Shown here: positions 1-12,067 of the stretch, piece by piece
Position numbering within the stretch: position 1 is the stretch's first letter
How the letters are laid out: each line of letters starts with the position of its first letter
Source of the DNA: Ranitomeya imitator
Lineage: Eukaryota
Direction: 5' to 3'
Length of the DNA: 64,000 bases
Assembly: GCF_032444005.1 (NCBI RefSeq)
Contig: NC_091283.1
Location: 715,108,001 to 715,172,000 of the forward strand
Notes under the pieces: generated by a model
The model's database searches: none
Told to the model about the DNA's origin: nothing
What the model saw: only the letters and a program-made list of their open reading frames with translations
Position numbers and translations under genes: made by a program

Positions 1-1400
1 AATTTCATCTCAATACTTTGTAATATATCCTTTGTTGGCAATGACAGAGGTCAAACGTTTTCTGTAAGTCTTCACAAGGTTGCCACACACTGTTGTTGGT
101 ATGTTGGCCCATTCCTCCATGCAGATCTCCTCTAGAGCAGTGATGTTTTTGGCTTTTCGCTTGGCAACACGGACTTTCAACTCCCTCCAAAGGTTTTCTA
201 TAGGGTTGAGATCTGGAGACTGGCTAGGCCACTCCAGGACCTTGAAATGCTTCTTACGAAGCCACTCCTTCGTTGCCCTGGCGGTGTGCTTTGGATCATT
301 GTCATGTTGAAAGACCCAGCCACGTTTCATCTTCAATGCCCTTGCTGATGGAAGGAGGTTTGCACTCAAAATCTCACGATACATGGCCCCATTCATTCTT
401 TCATGTACCCGAATCAGTCGTCCTGGCCCCTTTGCAGAGAAACAGCCCCAAAGCATGATGTTTCCACCACCATGCTTTACAGTAGGTATGGTGTTTGATG
501 GATGCAACTCAGTATTCTTTTTCCTCCAAACACGACAAGTTGTGTTTCTACCAAACAGTTCCAGTTTGGTTTCATCAGACCATAGGACATTCTCCCAAAA
601 CTCCTCTGGATCATCCAAATGCTCTCTAGCAAACTTCAGACGGGCCCAGACATGTACTGGCTTAAGCAGTGGGACACGTCTGGCACTGCAGGATCTGAGT
701 CCATGGTGGCATAGTGTGTTACTTATGGTAGGCCTTGTTACATTGGTCCCAGCTCTCTGCAGTTCATTCACTAGGTCCCCCCGCGTGGTTCTGGGATTTT
801 TGCTCACCGTTCTTGTGATCATTCTGACCCCACGGGGTGGGATTTTGCATGGAGCCCCAGATCGAGGTAGATTATCAGTGGTCTTGTATGTCTTCCATTT
901 TCTAATTATTTCTCCCACTGTTGATTTCTTCACTCCAAGCTGGTTGGCTATTGCAGATTCAGTCTTCCCAGCCTGGTGCAGGGCTACACTTTTGTTTCTG
1001 GTGTCCTTTGACAGCTCCTTGGTCTTCACCATAGTGGAGTTTGGAGTCAGACTGTTTGAGGGTGTGCACAGGTGTCTTTTTATACTGATAACAAGTTTAA
1101 ACAGGTGCCATTACTACAGGTAATGAGTGGAGGAAAGAGGAGACTCTTAAAGAAGAAGTTACAGGTCTGTGAGAGCCTGAAATCTTGATTGCTTGTTTCT
1201 GACCAAATACTTATTTTCCACCATAATATGCAAATAAATTGTTAAAAAAAACAGACAATGTGATTTTCTGGATTTTTTTTTCTCAGTTTGTCTCCCGTAG
1301 TTGAGGTCTACCTATGATGTAAATTACAGACGCTTCTCATCTTTTTAAGTGGTGGAACTTGCACTATTGCTGACTGACTAAATACTTTTTTGCCCCACTG
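1..1400 (-). mobile_element. Tc1/mariner DNA transposon; one end lies outside the window
   Basis: The terminus reads CAGTGGGGCAAAAAAGTATTTAGTCAG on the - strand, ends at 1400 and is followed by TA. The element contains the transposase ORF 10-1032. Confidence 0.95.
10..1032 (-). CDS. Tc1-family DD34E transposase, uninterrupted 340-aa ORF
   Basis: N-terminal paired-like HTH with GRPR-like 'GAP', catalytic [12 protein letters not shown] and SPDLNPIE. I counted 34 residues between the second D and the E. No stops or frameshifts. Confidence 0.93.
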   Translation of the reverse strand: MVKTKELSKDTRNKSVALHQAGKTESAIANQLGVKKSTVGEIIRKWKTYKTTDNLPRSGAPCKIPPRGVRMITRTVSKNPRTTRGDLVNELQRAGTNVTRPTISNTLCHHGLRSCSARRVPLLKPVHVWARLKFAREHLDDPEEFWENVLWSDETKLELFGRNTTCRVWRKKNTELHPSNTIPTVKHGGGNIMLWGCFSAKGPGRLIRVHERMNGAMYREILSANLLPSARALKMKRGWVFQHDNDPKHTARATKEWLRKKHFKVLEWPSQSPDLNPIENLWRELKVRVAKRKAKNITALEEICMEEWANIPTTVCGNLVKTYRKRLTSVIANKGYITKY

Positions 1401-1424
1401 TATATATATATATATATATATATA
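1401..1424. repeat. (TA)12 microsatellite between the Tc1 end and the CR1 tail
   Basis: Read directly from the sequence. Confidence 0.95.
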
Positions 1425-2249
1425 GTAACATAGTAACATAGTTAGTAAGGCCGAAAAAAGACATTTGTCCATCCAGTTCAGCCTATATTCCATCATAATA
1501 AATCCCCAGATCTACGTCCTTCTACAGAACCTAATTGTATGATACAATATTGTTCTGCTCCAGGAAGACATCCAGGCCTCTCTTGAACCCCCCGACTGAG
1601 TTCGCCATCACCACCTCCTCAGGCAAGCAATTCCAGATTCTCACTGCCCTAACAGTAAAGAATCCTCTTCTATGTTGGTGGAAAAACCTTCTCTCCTCCA
1701 GACGCAAAGAATGCCCCCTTGTGCCCGTCACCTTCCTTGGTATAAACAGATCCTCAGCGAGATATTTGTATTGTCCCCTTATATACTTATACATGGTTAT
1801 TAGATCGCCCCTCAGTCGTCTTTTTTCTAGACTAAATAATCCTAATTTCGCTAATCTATCTGGGTATTGTAGTTCTCCCATCCCCTTTATTAATTTTGTT
1901 GCCCTCCTTTGTACTCTCTCTAGTTCCATTATATCCTTCCTGAGCACCGGTGCCCAAAACTGGACACAGTACTCCATGTGCGGTCTAACTAGGGATTTGT
2001 ACAGAGGCAGTATAATGCTCTCATCATGTGTATCCAGACCTCTTTTAATGCACCCCATGATCCTGTTTGCCTTGGCAGCTGCTGCCTGGCACTGGCTGCT
2101 CCAGGTAAGTTTATCATTAACTAGGATCCCCAAGTCCTTCTCACTGTCAGATTTACCCAGTGGTTTCCCATTCAGTGTGTAATGGTGATATTGATTCCCT
2201 CTTCCCATGTGTATAACCTTACATTTATCATTGTTAAACCTCATCTGCC
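1423..2249 (-). mobile_element. CR1-type LINE, 5'-truncated: RT C-terminus plus 3' UTR
   Basis: ORF 1531-2304 contains FNNDKCKVIHMG, LYKSLVRPHMEYCVQFWAP and LRGDLITMYK. The 3' tail on the - strand is a short ACTATGTT-type repeat typical of CR1. Confidence 0.9.
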
Positions 2250-3134
2250 ATATATTTCTGCTAATGCCTAATGTTTTGTTGTGCCTGCCATTAAAGTTCT
2301 GCAATATTTTACAAATCTCTTTGAATCGTTTTTTAGGAGAAAAAAAAGTTTTGTGTGTATTAGACCTTTAAGGCCATATTAACATGTCCAGTATTTGGTT
2401 AGTATTTTACATCAGTATTTGTAAGTCAAAACCAGGAGTGTGAAAATCAGAGGAAAAGTATAATAGAAACACGTCACCACTTCTGTATTTCTCACCCACT
2501 CCTGGTTTTAGTTTACCAATACTGATGTAAAATGCTGAACATGTGAACATAGCCTTAGGCTACATTTCCAGGATGAATTTTTGGTGAGTATTTTACTCTG
2601 CATATTTTAGAAAAAATTCAAGTAATGATGTGAGCATTCAGCATGCCAGCCAGCAGAGGCAGTAAGCTGTGCATGCTAGCACAGCTCAATGCTACGTGGT
2701 GACTCGAGTAAGTTGTGCGGAGTTCATACCCAATGAACTTCGTTCACCTCACTGATGTCAGTGCGAGTGTGAGAACATTCCCATGGCGCTCGTGCTAATG
2801 TCAGTGAGGTGAATGGAGTTCATTGGGTATACATCATTGTATATATTTGGGGATGTAGTGGATATCACAATGTATGGACAACTATGATCACCATCATACA
2901 GTGTGGAGGCATACAGTTTTTTGATGACAACATGGTGGGCAGTATGAGGGCACAGTGTGAAAAGGGGCCCAGAATGGATAATGCTGGGGGGGGGGGGGGC
3001 AGTGTGGAGATATAATGAGTGTAAAGGAAAATTAGAGTGGGAACAGCCATGCTAAAAGTCGTGGTTCATAAGAATGGAAGGTGTAGCAGTGATAGCTGAT
3101 AATAATAGACAATGTGGTGGGTGTAGCTGATTAA

Positions 3135-4154
3135 CCCCTTTCTGCCAGCTGACATACTATTTCATCAGCTGGCAGTATCCCCTGCTTTGAGATGGGCTCT
3201 GGCGGCGAGCCCACCTCAAAGCCACGATGTGTCAGCTGCTTTTAACAGCTGATGTGCCCGCAATAGGCGCCAGTGGAATCGCGATCCACTCACGCCTATT
3301 AATTAGTTAAATGCCGCTGTTAAACGCTGACAGGGCAATATAAGAATAGCTTCCGGCCACCGGGCCGGAATTACACGCACTACTGACCCCCGTCAAATGA
3401 TCGAGAGACATCGGTGCATTGCCATCACAGCCACAGGTCTCCTCGAGACCTCTATGGATGTTGATAATGGATTGCTATGAGCGCCACCCTGTGGTTGGCG
3501 CTCATAGCAATGCTGTAATTCAGCTACATAGAGGTGATATGTGCATCACCTCTATTTAGCAGAGGCGATCGAGTTATGGCACCTTCTACCCTAAACGGCG
3601 CTAAACGGCGTGGCGAGAAAAAAAATCAAAACGCCAGAATTTTTTTGCGACATTGCACTAAAATGCAATAACGGGTGATCAAAAGAACGTATCTACACAA
3701 AATTGGTATCATTAAAAATGTCAGCTCAGCGCGCAAAGAAATAAGCCCTCACCCAACCCGAGATCACGAAAAATTTTCTACAGGTAACAGAATTTTTTTT
3801 TTTAGCAAATTTTGGAATTTAGTTTAACCACTTAGATAAAAGAGAACCTATACATCTTTGGTGTCGATGAACTCGTAATGACCTGGAGAATCATATTGGC
3901 AGATCAGTTTTAGCATTTACTGAACCTAGCAAAAAAGCCAATAAAAAAACAAGTGTGGGATTGAACCTTTTTGCAATTTCTCCGCACTTGGAATTTTTTT
4001 CCCGTTTTCGAGTACATGACATGGTAAAACCAATAGTATTGTTTGGAAAAAATAAGCCCTCACATGGCCATATTGATGGAAAAATAAAAAGTTATGGCTC
4101 TGGAAAGAAGGGGAGCGAAAAACGAAAGCGAAAAAAGCTCATGAGGTTAAAGGA
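3135..4154. mobile_element. Non-autonomous TTAA-flanked piggyBac-like element, degenerate
   Basis: TTAA|CCCCTT at 3131-3140 and a degenerate AAGGA|TTAA at 4150-4158. The interior resembles the ends of the 29455-33880 element. Confidence 0.6.
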
Positions 4155-4749
4155 TTAAGGCAGGCAATGTGGAGGTCATATACCATAGGAGGCTTATTTA
4201 GGGAATAGTATGGACAGATATTTTTATGCAGAGGGCATTTTAATAACGCTCTCATTTTTAAGTGCACAATGTCGGGATGTGCTGTAGAAGAGGGAATAAG
4301 AAGAGAAGAGAGAAGAGGTCATCCATAAAGTACCTGAATATAAATGTTTACTTGTTGATACTCACTACTTCTCATCATCAGTACTGTGGTTCCTGTATGG
4401 TCGGGTAATGACTGAAACTCACAGCATCTCTTTATACTTGTTAAGGACCTATTGGGAGTTTTAAGTTCATGAAATACAAATGTACATGGGCCTGACTTAG
4501 AAGGATTCCGATAGTCAGTTATTCTTCATGTGATATCATAGACCTAATGGAAAAGGGAATAATTAGGTGGGTATAAAGGCAAAATGATTAATTGTAAGTA
4601 CACTGTGCTATATAATATGATGATTCCAATATATTAAGAGGCTATCAATTTTGATAGGAGGAGGAGAAGGAGTGCTTCTTTAAAAACAATCATACGTATC
4701 CTTATCTCTTTATTTATAATGGGGTCTGTATAGTTTCCATTGGGGTATC

Positions 4750-6060
4750 CACCACATGCTGCACACTTTAATTGAAACCAAACGGCTCCCATTATAGTTC
4801 TTATATTACCGTATTTTTTGCACCATAAGGCTGGAGCCACACTACCGTATTGCATCCGATGCGAGAGCAGTGGATGTGATATGCTAGTGACCCTCGGCTT
4901 CTGCTCTGCTGCGAGTGGGAGCCGAGTGTCATGTGTCTGTGCTTCGAGCCTCTCGCACAGGGAGGATCGGAGCACAGCTGTGGAGGAGGCGGAGAAACTA
5001 ATTTCTCCATCTCCTCCATTGCCGGGGTCAGCGTATAACTCACATCACTCGGATGATATCTGAGTGATGTGCGTTGTCTCACTCGCACCCATAGGCTTAT
5101 ATAGGTGCGAGTGAGCCGAGACTCGGCCGAGTGTCGGTGACAATCGCAGCATGCTGCGATTTCACTCGCACACTAAAAAAATTTCCACGGCAATTCCGAC
5201 GTGTGCACATAGCCGTAAAGTTTTTTCCACAACTGGATGTGTTTAAATAAAATGTCCTTATGCTGAGATAATCTTATAAATGTGCCACAGCCGTGTACTG
5301 TGTAATGGCCGTGCCAGATTGTACAGGAGCATGGTCTGATCATACCACAGCTCCTGGGCAGGGGAGAACACAAAAGAGAGGATACAGGCATGAGAGCAGA
5401 GATCACACCTGATTTATTATTTGAGGTAAATCATTGTTTAAAGACAGGCAGTGAAATGTTTTACTGCACGCAAAGAGTCATCTGTGATTACATGCTGTAA
5501 TGTCTGTATCCTCTTTTGCATCCTCCCCTGCCCAGGAGCCGTGGTATGATCAGACCATGTTCCTGCAGACACAGTTATTAGGCCGGTTTCACACGTCAGT
5601 GGCTCCAGTTTGTCAGGTGACAGTTTCCTCACGTACCGGAGACACTGACTCACGTAGATACATTAAAATCAATGTGTCTCTGCACATGTCAGCGTGTTTT
5701 CACAGACCGTGTGTCCGTTTGAAAAACACGGAGACATGTCGGTGTTTGTGGGAGCGCACGTATCACACGGACCCATTAAAGTCAAAGGGTCCGTGTAAAC
5801 ACGTACCGCACACGGATGCTGTCCACGTGCTGTCCGTGTGCCGACTGGGTACCACACGCACCGTGCAGGAGACAGCGCTAGAGTTAAGCGCTGTCCCCTG
5901 CTTTGGGTGCTGAATCCAGAATTCATTCCTTCTTCCCAGCAGCGCTTGCTGGAGAGAAGGAATGAAAAATCAGGTGTTTTTTTTGTGTGTGTTTAAAATA
6001 AAGTTCCCAGTCAGCTCCCGCCTCCCTCCCCCTGTGCGCCCACCCAGAGGATTACCCCTC
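4750..6060. mobile_element. Cluster of partial PIF/Harbinger-like MITEs
   Basis: Terminal-type motifs GTGTGCACATAGCC (about 5201) and TTAGGCCGGTTTCACACG (about 5578), with internal short palindromes. Boundaries are approximate. Confidence 0.45.
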
Positions 6061-6799
6061 TTTGATTAATTGTTTTTGGTTTGGTGGTTATCAAAAATAA
6101 CATAAGGATGACAGATGTTGCAGTCTTATTTGGGGTTTTAGCATTCAGCACCTGTTCATCTATCTTATTTCCTGCCTTTTCTTTCCAATATAGGATGGAA
6201 TAGGGATATCAGGGACAGCCTAAAAGGTATTTTAAGAGATTTACTTATGTTAGCTGTTTTGGCTTAGATTTCTGGCTTCAGATCTGTTTTCTATTTTGAC
6301 ATGCACCCATTCACTAATATGGTTACGTGCAATTCGAATTTTGTATGGAATTGCAGCATGCTGCAAGTTTTTTTGTTCAGTCCAATCGCAATCGGAGCAG
6401 GAAAAAACTCAATTGTGAACACAAGCATAGGATTAAATTGGTACGAATGTAATCCGATGAGTAGTTGGGTTGCATTTGTCCAATTTAATTGGTAATGGGA
6501 GCGAGCTCTTACAGCTAGAATTGATGTGTTCCAAATGGAGTAAAAAGATATAGAAAAGGGGAAAAGGGAAAAGAAAACTTTGCTCACCAAAATAAACCTG
6601 AGACCATCCGTGCCGGGAGATCAGTGGCTGTCTACCACATGTGTGCAAATAGAAATAGAAGACTTCCTGAACAGGAAAGATGGCAGGTGTAAAATGATGG
6701 CAGGTGTAAATCAGGTCTGAATTTACCTACTAGCACATTAGACCTGTAGCAATATGTGTCTATATGTTAAGGATGCCTGGGAAAGAGAACATTCACATG

Positions 6800-9382
6800 C
6801 ACTACCGTTGAAAAGTTTAGGGTCTCCAAGACAATTTTGTATTTTCCTTGAAAACACATACTTTATTAATCAAATGAGTTGCCAAATGAATTTAAAATCT
6901 AGTCCAGACATTGACAAGGTTCTAAAAATGATTTTTATTTGAAATAATAATATTCTCCTTCAAACTTTGCTTTCATCAAAGAATGCTCCCTTTGCAGCAA
7001 TTACAGCATTTGCAGACGTTTGGCATTCTAGCAGTTAATTTGCTGAGGTAATCAGGAGAAATTTCCCCCCATGCTTCCAGAAGCCCCTCCCACAAGTTGG
7101 TTTGGCTTGATGGGCACTTTTTTCGTACCATACGGTCAAGCTTCTCCCACAATAGCTCAATGGGGTTGAGATCTGGTGACTGCGCTGGCCACTCCATTAC
7201 AGATAGAATACCAGCTGCCTGCTTCTTCCCTAAATAGTTCTTACATCATTTGGAGGTGTGCTTTGGGTCATTGTCCTGTTGTAGGATGAAATTGGCTCCA
7301 ATCAAGCGCTGTCCACAGGGTATGGCATGGCGGTGCAAAATGGAGTGATAGCCTTCCTTATTCAAAATCCCTTTTACCTTGTACAAATCTCCCACTTTAC
7401 CAGCACCAAAGCAACCCCAGACCATTGCATTACCTCCACCATGCTTGACAAATGGCGTCAGGCTCTCTTCCAGCATCTTTTCAGTTGTTCTGCATCTCAC
7501 AAAGGTTCTTCTGTGTGATCCAAACACCTCAAACTTGGATTTGTCTGTCCATAACACTTTTGTCCACTCTTCCTCTGTCCAATGTCTGTGGTCTTTTGCC
7601 CATATTAATCTTTTCCTTTTATTAGCCAGTCTCAGATATAGCTTTTTCTTTTACACTCTGCCCTGAAGGCCAGCATCCTGGAGTCGCCTCTTCACTGTAG
7701 ACTTTGACACTGGCGTTTTGAGTGCACTATTTAAAGAAGCTGCCAGTTGAGGACCTGTGAGGAGTTAATTTCTCAGACTACAGATTCTAATGTACTTGTC
7801 TTGTTGCTCAGTTGTGCAGCGGGGCCACCCACTTCTCTTTCTACTCTGCTTAGAACCTGTTTGTGCTCTCCTCTGAAGGGAGTAGTACAAACCCTTGGTG
7901 GAAATCTTCAGTGTCTTGGCAATTTCTCGCATAGAATAGCCTTCATTTCTAAGAACAAGAATAGACTGTCAAGTTCTTTGTTTCTGGCCATTTTGAGAGT
8001 TTAGTGGAACCAACAAATGTTATGCTCCAGATTCTCAACTAGCTCAAAGGAAGTCGACACAGTCCAAAATTTGTAAGCAAAAACGTCTATCGTTTATAAC
8101 TGCAAACACAACCTCAAACCTTATGCAGAGGCTTGATGATAAATTGCAATGAGATATTATGTAATAAAAGTTCAATTTTTATTTTAAACATTCAGAAATG
8201 TATAGCTAAAGCTCAGGAACATACAAAGAGTGCAGGAGCATTGGGACATGAATAATGGAATGTACAGGAAAAAATGCATACAAATATAAGGAAAAGCACT
8301 AAAAGTGCAAAAACAATATGAAAAAAATAATAATTTTGATACTTTCCAGATAAAGTGCATAGTGCATATTGCAAGTATTAAAATTTGTGCATAAGTTGTG
8401 CATGGGCTTTTAACCTAAATGTAATAAGTGCTATTAAACAAATAAAAAAATGAAGCTCATGTGAAGCTCGTAATATTAGAAAAAGTGCAGTACCTGAAAA
8501 GTGCTGAGTGCAAAAGTGTCCCTGCTATCTAACGCTCTCACCCCGACAGCGCCATTTCCCTTCGTGCTTCTTCCTTGGGGGCGTGTTCCATGGAAGAAGC
8601 ATGAAGGGAAATGGCGCTGTCGGGGTGAGAGCGTTAGATAGCAGGGACACTTTTACACTCAGCACTTTTCAGGTACTGCACTTTTTCTAATATTACGAGC
8701 TTCACATGAGCTTCATTTTTTTATTTGTTTAATAGCACTTATTACATTTAGGTTAAAAGACCATGCACAACTTATGAACAAATTTTAATACTTGCAATAT
8801 GCACTATGCAGTTTATCTGAAAAGTATCAAAATACATTTTTTTCATATTGTTTTTGCATTTTTAGTGCTTTTTCTTTATATTTGTATGTATTAGATGCAA
8901 TTTTTCCTGTACATTCCATTATTCATGTCCCAATGCTCCTGCACTCTTTGTATGTTCCTGAGTTTGAACTATACATTTCTGAATGTTTAAAATAAAAATT
9001 GAACTTTTATTACATAATATCTCATTGTAATTTATCGTCGAGCCTCTGCATAAGGTTTGAGGTTGTGTTTTTAGTAGATCAAAGGAATGTCAGGTGTATA
9101 GGTTCTCTATTCAGCCAAACTGTTTTCAGCTGTGCTAGCATACTTGCACAAGGGTTTTCAAGGGTATTCTTACTATCCATTAGCCTTCTTACACAGTTAG
9201 CAAACACAAAGTCCCATAAGAACACTGGAGTGATGATTGATGGAAATGGGCCTCTATACACCTATGAAGATATTGTATTACAAACCAGACATTTGCAGAT
9301 AAAATAGTAATTTACCACATTAACAATGTATATAGTGTATTTCAGAATAATTTAACGTTAGCTTCATCGGAAAAAACTGTGT
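6800..9382 (-). mobile_element. Degenerate Tc1-like transposon interrupted by the 8054-9074 insertion
   Basis: Terminus CACTACCGTTGAAAAGTTTAGGG at 6800. Transposase fragments WTDKSKFEVFGS, QQDNDPKH and SPDLNPIE occur in separate frames. Tc1 sequence appears to resume after 9075. Confidence 0.8.
8054..9074. repeat. About 1-kb inverted repeat (two arms of about 480 bp, 9-nt loop) inserted with a TSD of about 14 bp
   Basis: 8104-8578 is the near-perfect reverse complement of 8588-9070. Flanks are TAGCTCAAAGGAAG (8040-8053) and TAGATCAAAGGAAT (9075-9088). Confidence 0.85.
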
Positions 9383-9519
9383 AAACCTTAAATTACTGCC
9401 GGGCAAGTGCATGTCTGACCTTTGTTGTAATTCCTACTAATATTAATTAGCTAAAGGTGTAAATGTAACCTTATGTTGGCTATTTGCCTGCTTGGTGACA
9501 TGTCACTTTTTCTATGCAG

Positions 9520-9665
9520 GTACATACATCTACACGCTGAATGGCACAGATCCTGAAGGCCACCCAGTCATATATGGTCTAACCTTTGAACCTGGATCAA
9601 AACGCTACTTTTCCATTGACTCTATCCGTGGAAATGTCACTGTGATTGAGGAACTAGACCGGGAG
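9520..9665 (+). CDS. CDHR1: Cadherin-related family member 1, coding exon (EC1; equivalent to mammalian exon 3)
   Basis: TTTTTCTATGCAG acceptor and GAG|GTAAAT donor, 146 bp. Encodes (G)TYIYTLNGTDPEGHPVIYGLTFEPGSKRYFSIDSIRGNVTVIEELDRE, which matches the CDHR1 YTLNGTDPEG...EELDRE sequence as I recall it. Confidence 0.95.
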
Positions 9666-9808
9666 GTAAATTTCTGACATATATTGTATATATGACTGTG
9701 TCTTTTCAGTCGTAAAATTTCATAGGTTTTATCCACATTCAGTGTTACATAGAAGTAAAATATATTCCCTAAAGTTTTATTGTCATAAATTATTTTTGTA
9801 ATTTACAG

Positions 9809-9859
9809 AAACAAGATGAGATTGAGGCAATTGTCAGCATTTCAGATGGAATAAACAAG
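9809..9859 (+). CDS. CDHR1: CDHR1 coding exon (51 bp)
   Basis: TTTACAG acceptor, AAG|GTAAGG donor. Encodes KQDEIEAIVSISDGINK in frame with the previous exon. Confidence 0.93.
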
Positions 9860-10569
9860 GTAAGGGTAATGTATTAATAAGTCTAAGAATAAGTGGGGGA
9901 TGAGCATCATGCAATTTGTACCAGTTTAAATGTATTTACATTTACATCACTGAGTTACTCACAAATTTAGCAGCTTTAGCCTGACAGATTCGCTATAATT
10001 TGCAAAAGACAGTGGTGTAACTTACAGCAAAAAACTACTTATAGCAGAAATCCTTCTGGATAGATATGAATGGGAAGTGCTACTTAATAAAAGCCAGAAA
10101 AATCATTCACAAGTACAATCTTAACCTCCTTTATTCTAAGCTACTAAAATGGTATTTTTATTGCATTATGCATTAAAAAAAACTATTGTCTCGACTTGTT
10201 TGTATTCTCGTTAGTGACTGATACAAATGTCAGCTTGTTTATTAACACAAGTATACATGAAATGTACCCACTTGGATACTGTGGAATAAACCTAAAATGG
10301 ATCTTTCAAAAGACTTCACAACACAAACGGCATAGATTACTTAATAGATATCGCTAACCTGCGTAGGCTGGTGTAATTACTTGGAAAATTTAAGTCAGAA
10401 TAGCTGCATTATCTTGATTTTAATGGCTGTGAACATCTGACAAAATATAAATTATTTATATATTGTATTTGTTATGTTGAGTTAAACATGTTGCAATAAA
10501 TTTCAATCTTTAATCATCCGCTTTCACCCTGGTATGCATAATGCAACTTGCTTCTACTTTCATACTTAA

Positions 10570-11071
10570 AGCGAACCTGTCATCAGTAAACTATAGGCAT
10601 TGTCATGTTGGCGTTATTACACTGAGCAAAATGATTCCTCGGGTGATGAAATCCATCTTGTGGTTCTTGTGTAATCGGTGTTAGAAGTTTTCAGTTAATG
10701 CTCCAGGCCGGCACTGTAGGCAGAGTCTTATCTTTCTGCTTAAGCCAGATAAAACAAGGAAAGACCTGCCCACAGGCCTCCCCGAAGAACAAACATGTTC
10801 CTCATCATAGAGACAGAGAGACTGTTTGTGCTTCGGGGTGGCTTGTGGGCAGGTGTTTCCTTGACTTCTCTGGCTTAGAGCAGGAAGATAAGATCTGCCT
10901 ACCATCCTGCCTTGGAGCATGGGCATTTCATTAGCTGAAAACTTGTAACAATGATTACACAACAACCACAAGATGGAATTCTTCACCCAAGGTATCATTT
11001 TAATCAGTATAACAATGCCAACATGACAATGCCTGTAGTTTACTTAGCAAAATCCTGATGACAGATTCGCT
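10570..11071. mobile_element. Kolobok/T2-family MITE
   Basis: TTAA|AGCGAACCTGTCA ... TGACAGATTCGCT|TTAA, with palindromic arms. Confidence 0.8.
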
Positions 11072-11642
11072 TTAACAAATTTTGAAGAGTCTGTCTCATT
11101 AATAAATACAGGCCTCCTTCAGATTTCTCTCCCTCTTTTCCCTGCAGATTCTGTAAAAGTTCTCATATCTTTCTATCCCTACACAGATGGTGTTTGTGTA
11201 CAGGGCCACATTTACCACTGACATGCACTAAACCGTAAGAGCCCAATGTATCAAGATCAGTGTTTTTCACACTGCTCTTGATGAGGAGATGAGCTAGAGT
11301 CATACGACCTGGATTAATGAAGAAGTTTACCTATCTTCATGAATCAGGAGAATTGGACATATGGCCTTAGCGTACACCTCTGTGTTGGCAGTGCCATAAA
11401 TCCGACTCCATTCCCTGCTTGAGTATCATGTCCAGCCCAAGTGAAAATGGCACGAGAATGCCAAGTCACATCTTCTTTTAAGCGTAGCCTCGTTGTGTCA
11501 AAATTATGCAATTTTCCAAGTGTTTTTACACCAGAAAAGTGAACAAAAAGATTTGATGTATTGGACCCTATGTCTGTTTATACTCATGGTTGCCTCTACT
11601 TCTTCTAGTGCTGCCACCTCTTTCCAGCTGTTCCCTATTAGT

Positions 11643-11892
11643 ATAATAATAATAATAATAATCTTTATTTTTATATAGCGCTTTACATTTTGCACACATT
11701 ATCATCACTGTCCCCGATGGGGCTCACAATCTACATTCCCTATCAGTATGTCTTTGGAATGTGGGAGGAAACCAGAGTACCCAGAGGAAACCCACGCAAA
11801 CACAGAGAGAACATACAAACTCTTTGCAGATGTGGGGTTTGAACCCAGGACTCCAGCGCTGCAGGGCTGCTGTGCTAACCACCGTGCTGCCC
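11643..11892 (-). mobile_element. tRNA-derived SINE (V-SINE/DANA-like)
   Basis: On the - strand: head GGGCAGCACGGTGGTTAGCAC with a B box GGTTCAAACC, central GTGTTTGCGTGGGTTTCCTCTGGGTACTCTGGTTTCCTCCCACA, and an (ATT)n tail. Confidence 0.8.
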
Positions 11893-12067
11893 ATGCTTCT
11901 GGTTTTCCAAATAATGTGTCTGCTGTGCTGCCCAGTCAAGAGCTGCAATAATGTGCCATAATGAAAACCCAGAGTATGACACTGCTAATTACAAAGTATC
12001 ATACTGATTGTATTCTGTAGCGAATTGTTCCACAAAATACTGAGTGTATCATATGGAATATTGCCAT

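Noticed and set aside
383-1123. 246-aa + strand ORF
   Set aside because: It is the antisense shadow of the Tc1 transposase. The same applies to 1535-2182 (CR1) and the + strand ORFs over the Gypsy pol.
8580-8660. Possible hammerhead ribozyme near the centre of the fold-back insertion
   Set aside because: GGAAGAAGCATGAAGGGAAATGGCG has GAAA but no intact CTGANGA core, and I could not identify the required stems.
11840-11892. tRNA gene
   Set aside because: A and B boxes are present, but it is the head of a SINE with a conserved body and (ATT)n tail. There is no full cloverleaf.
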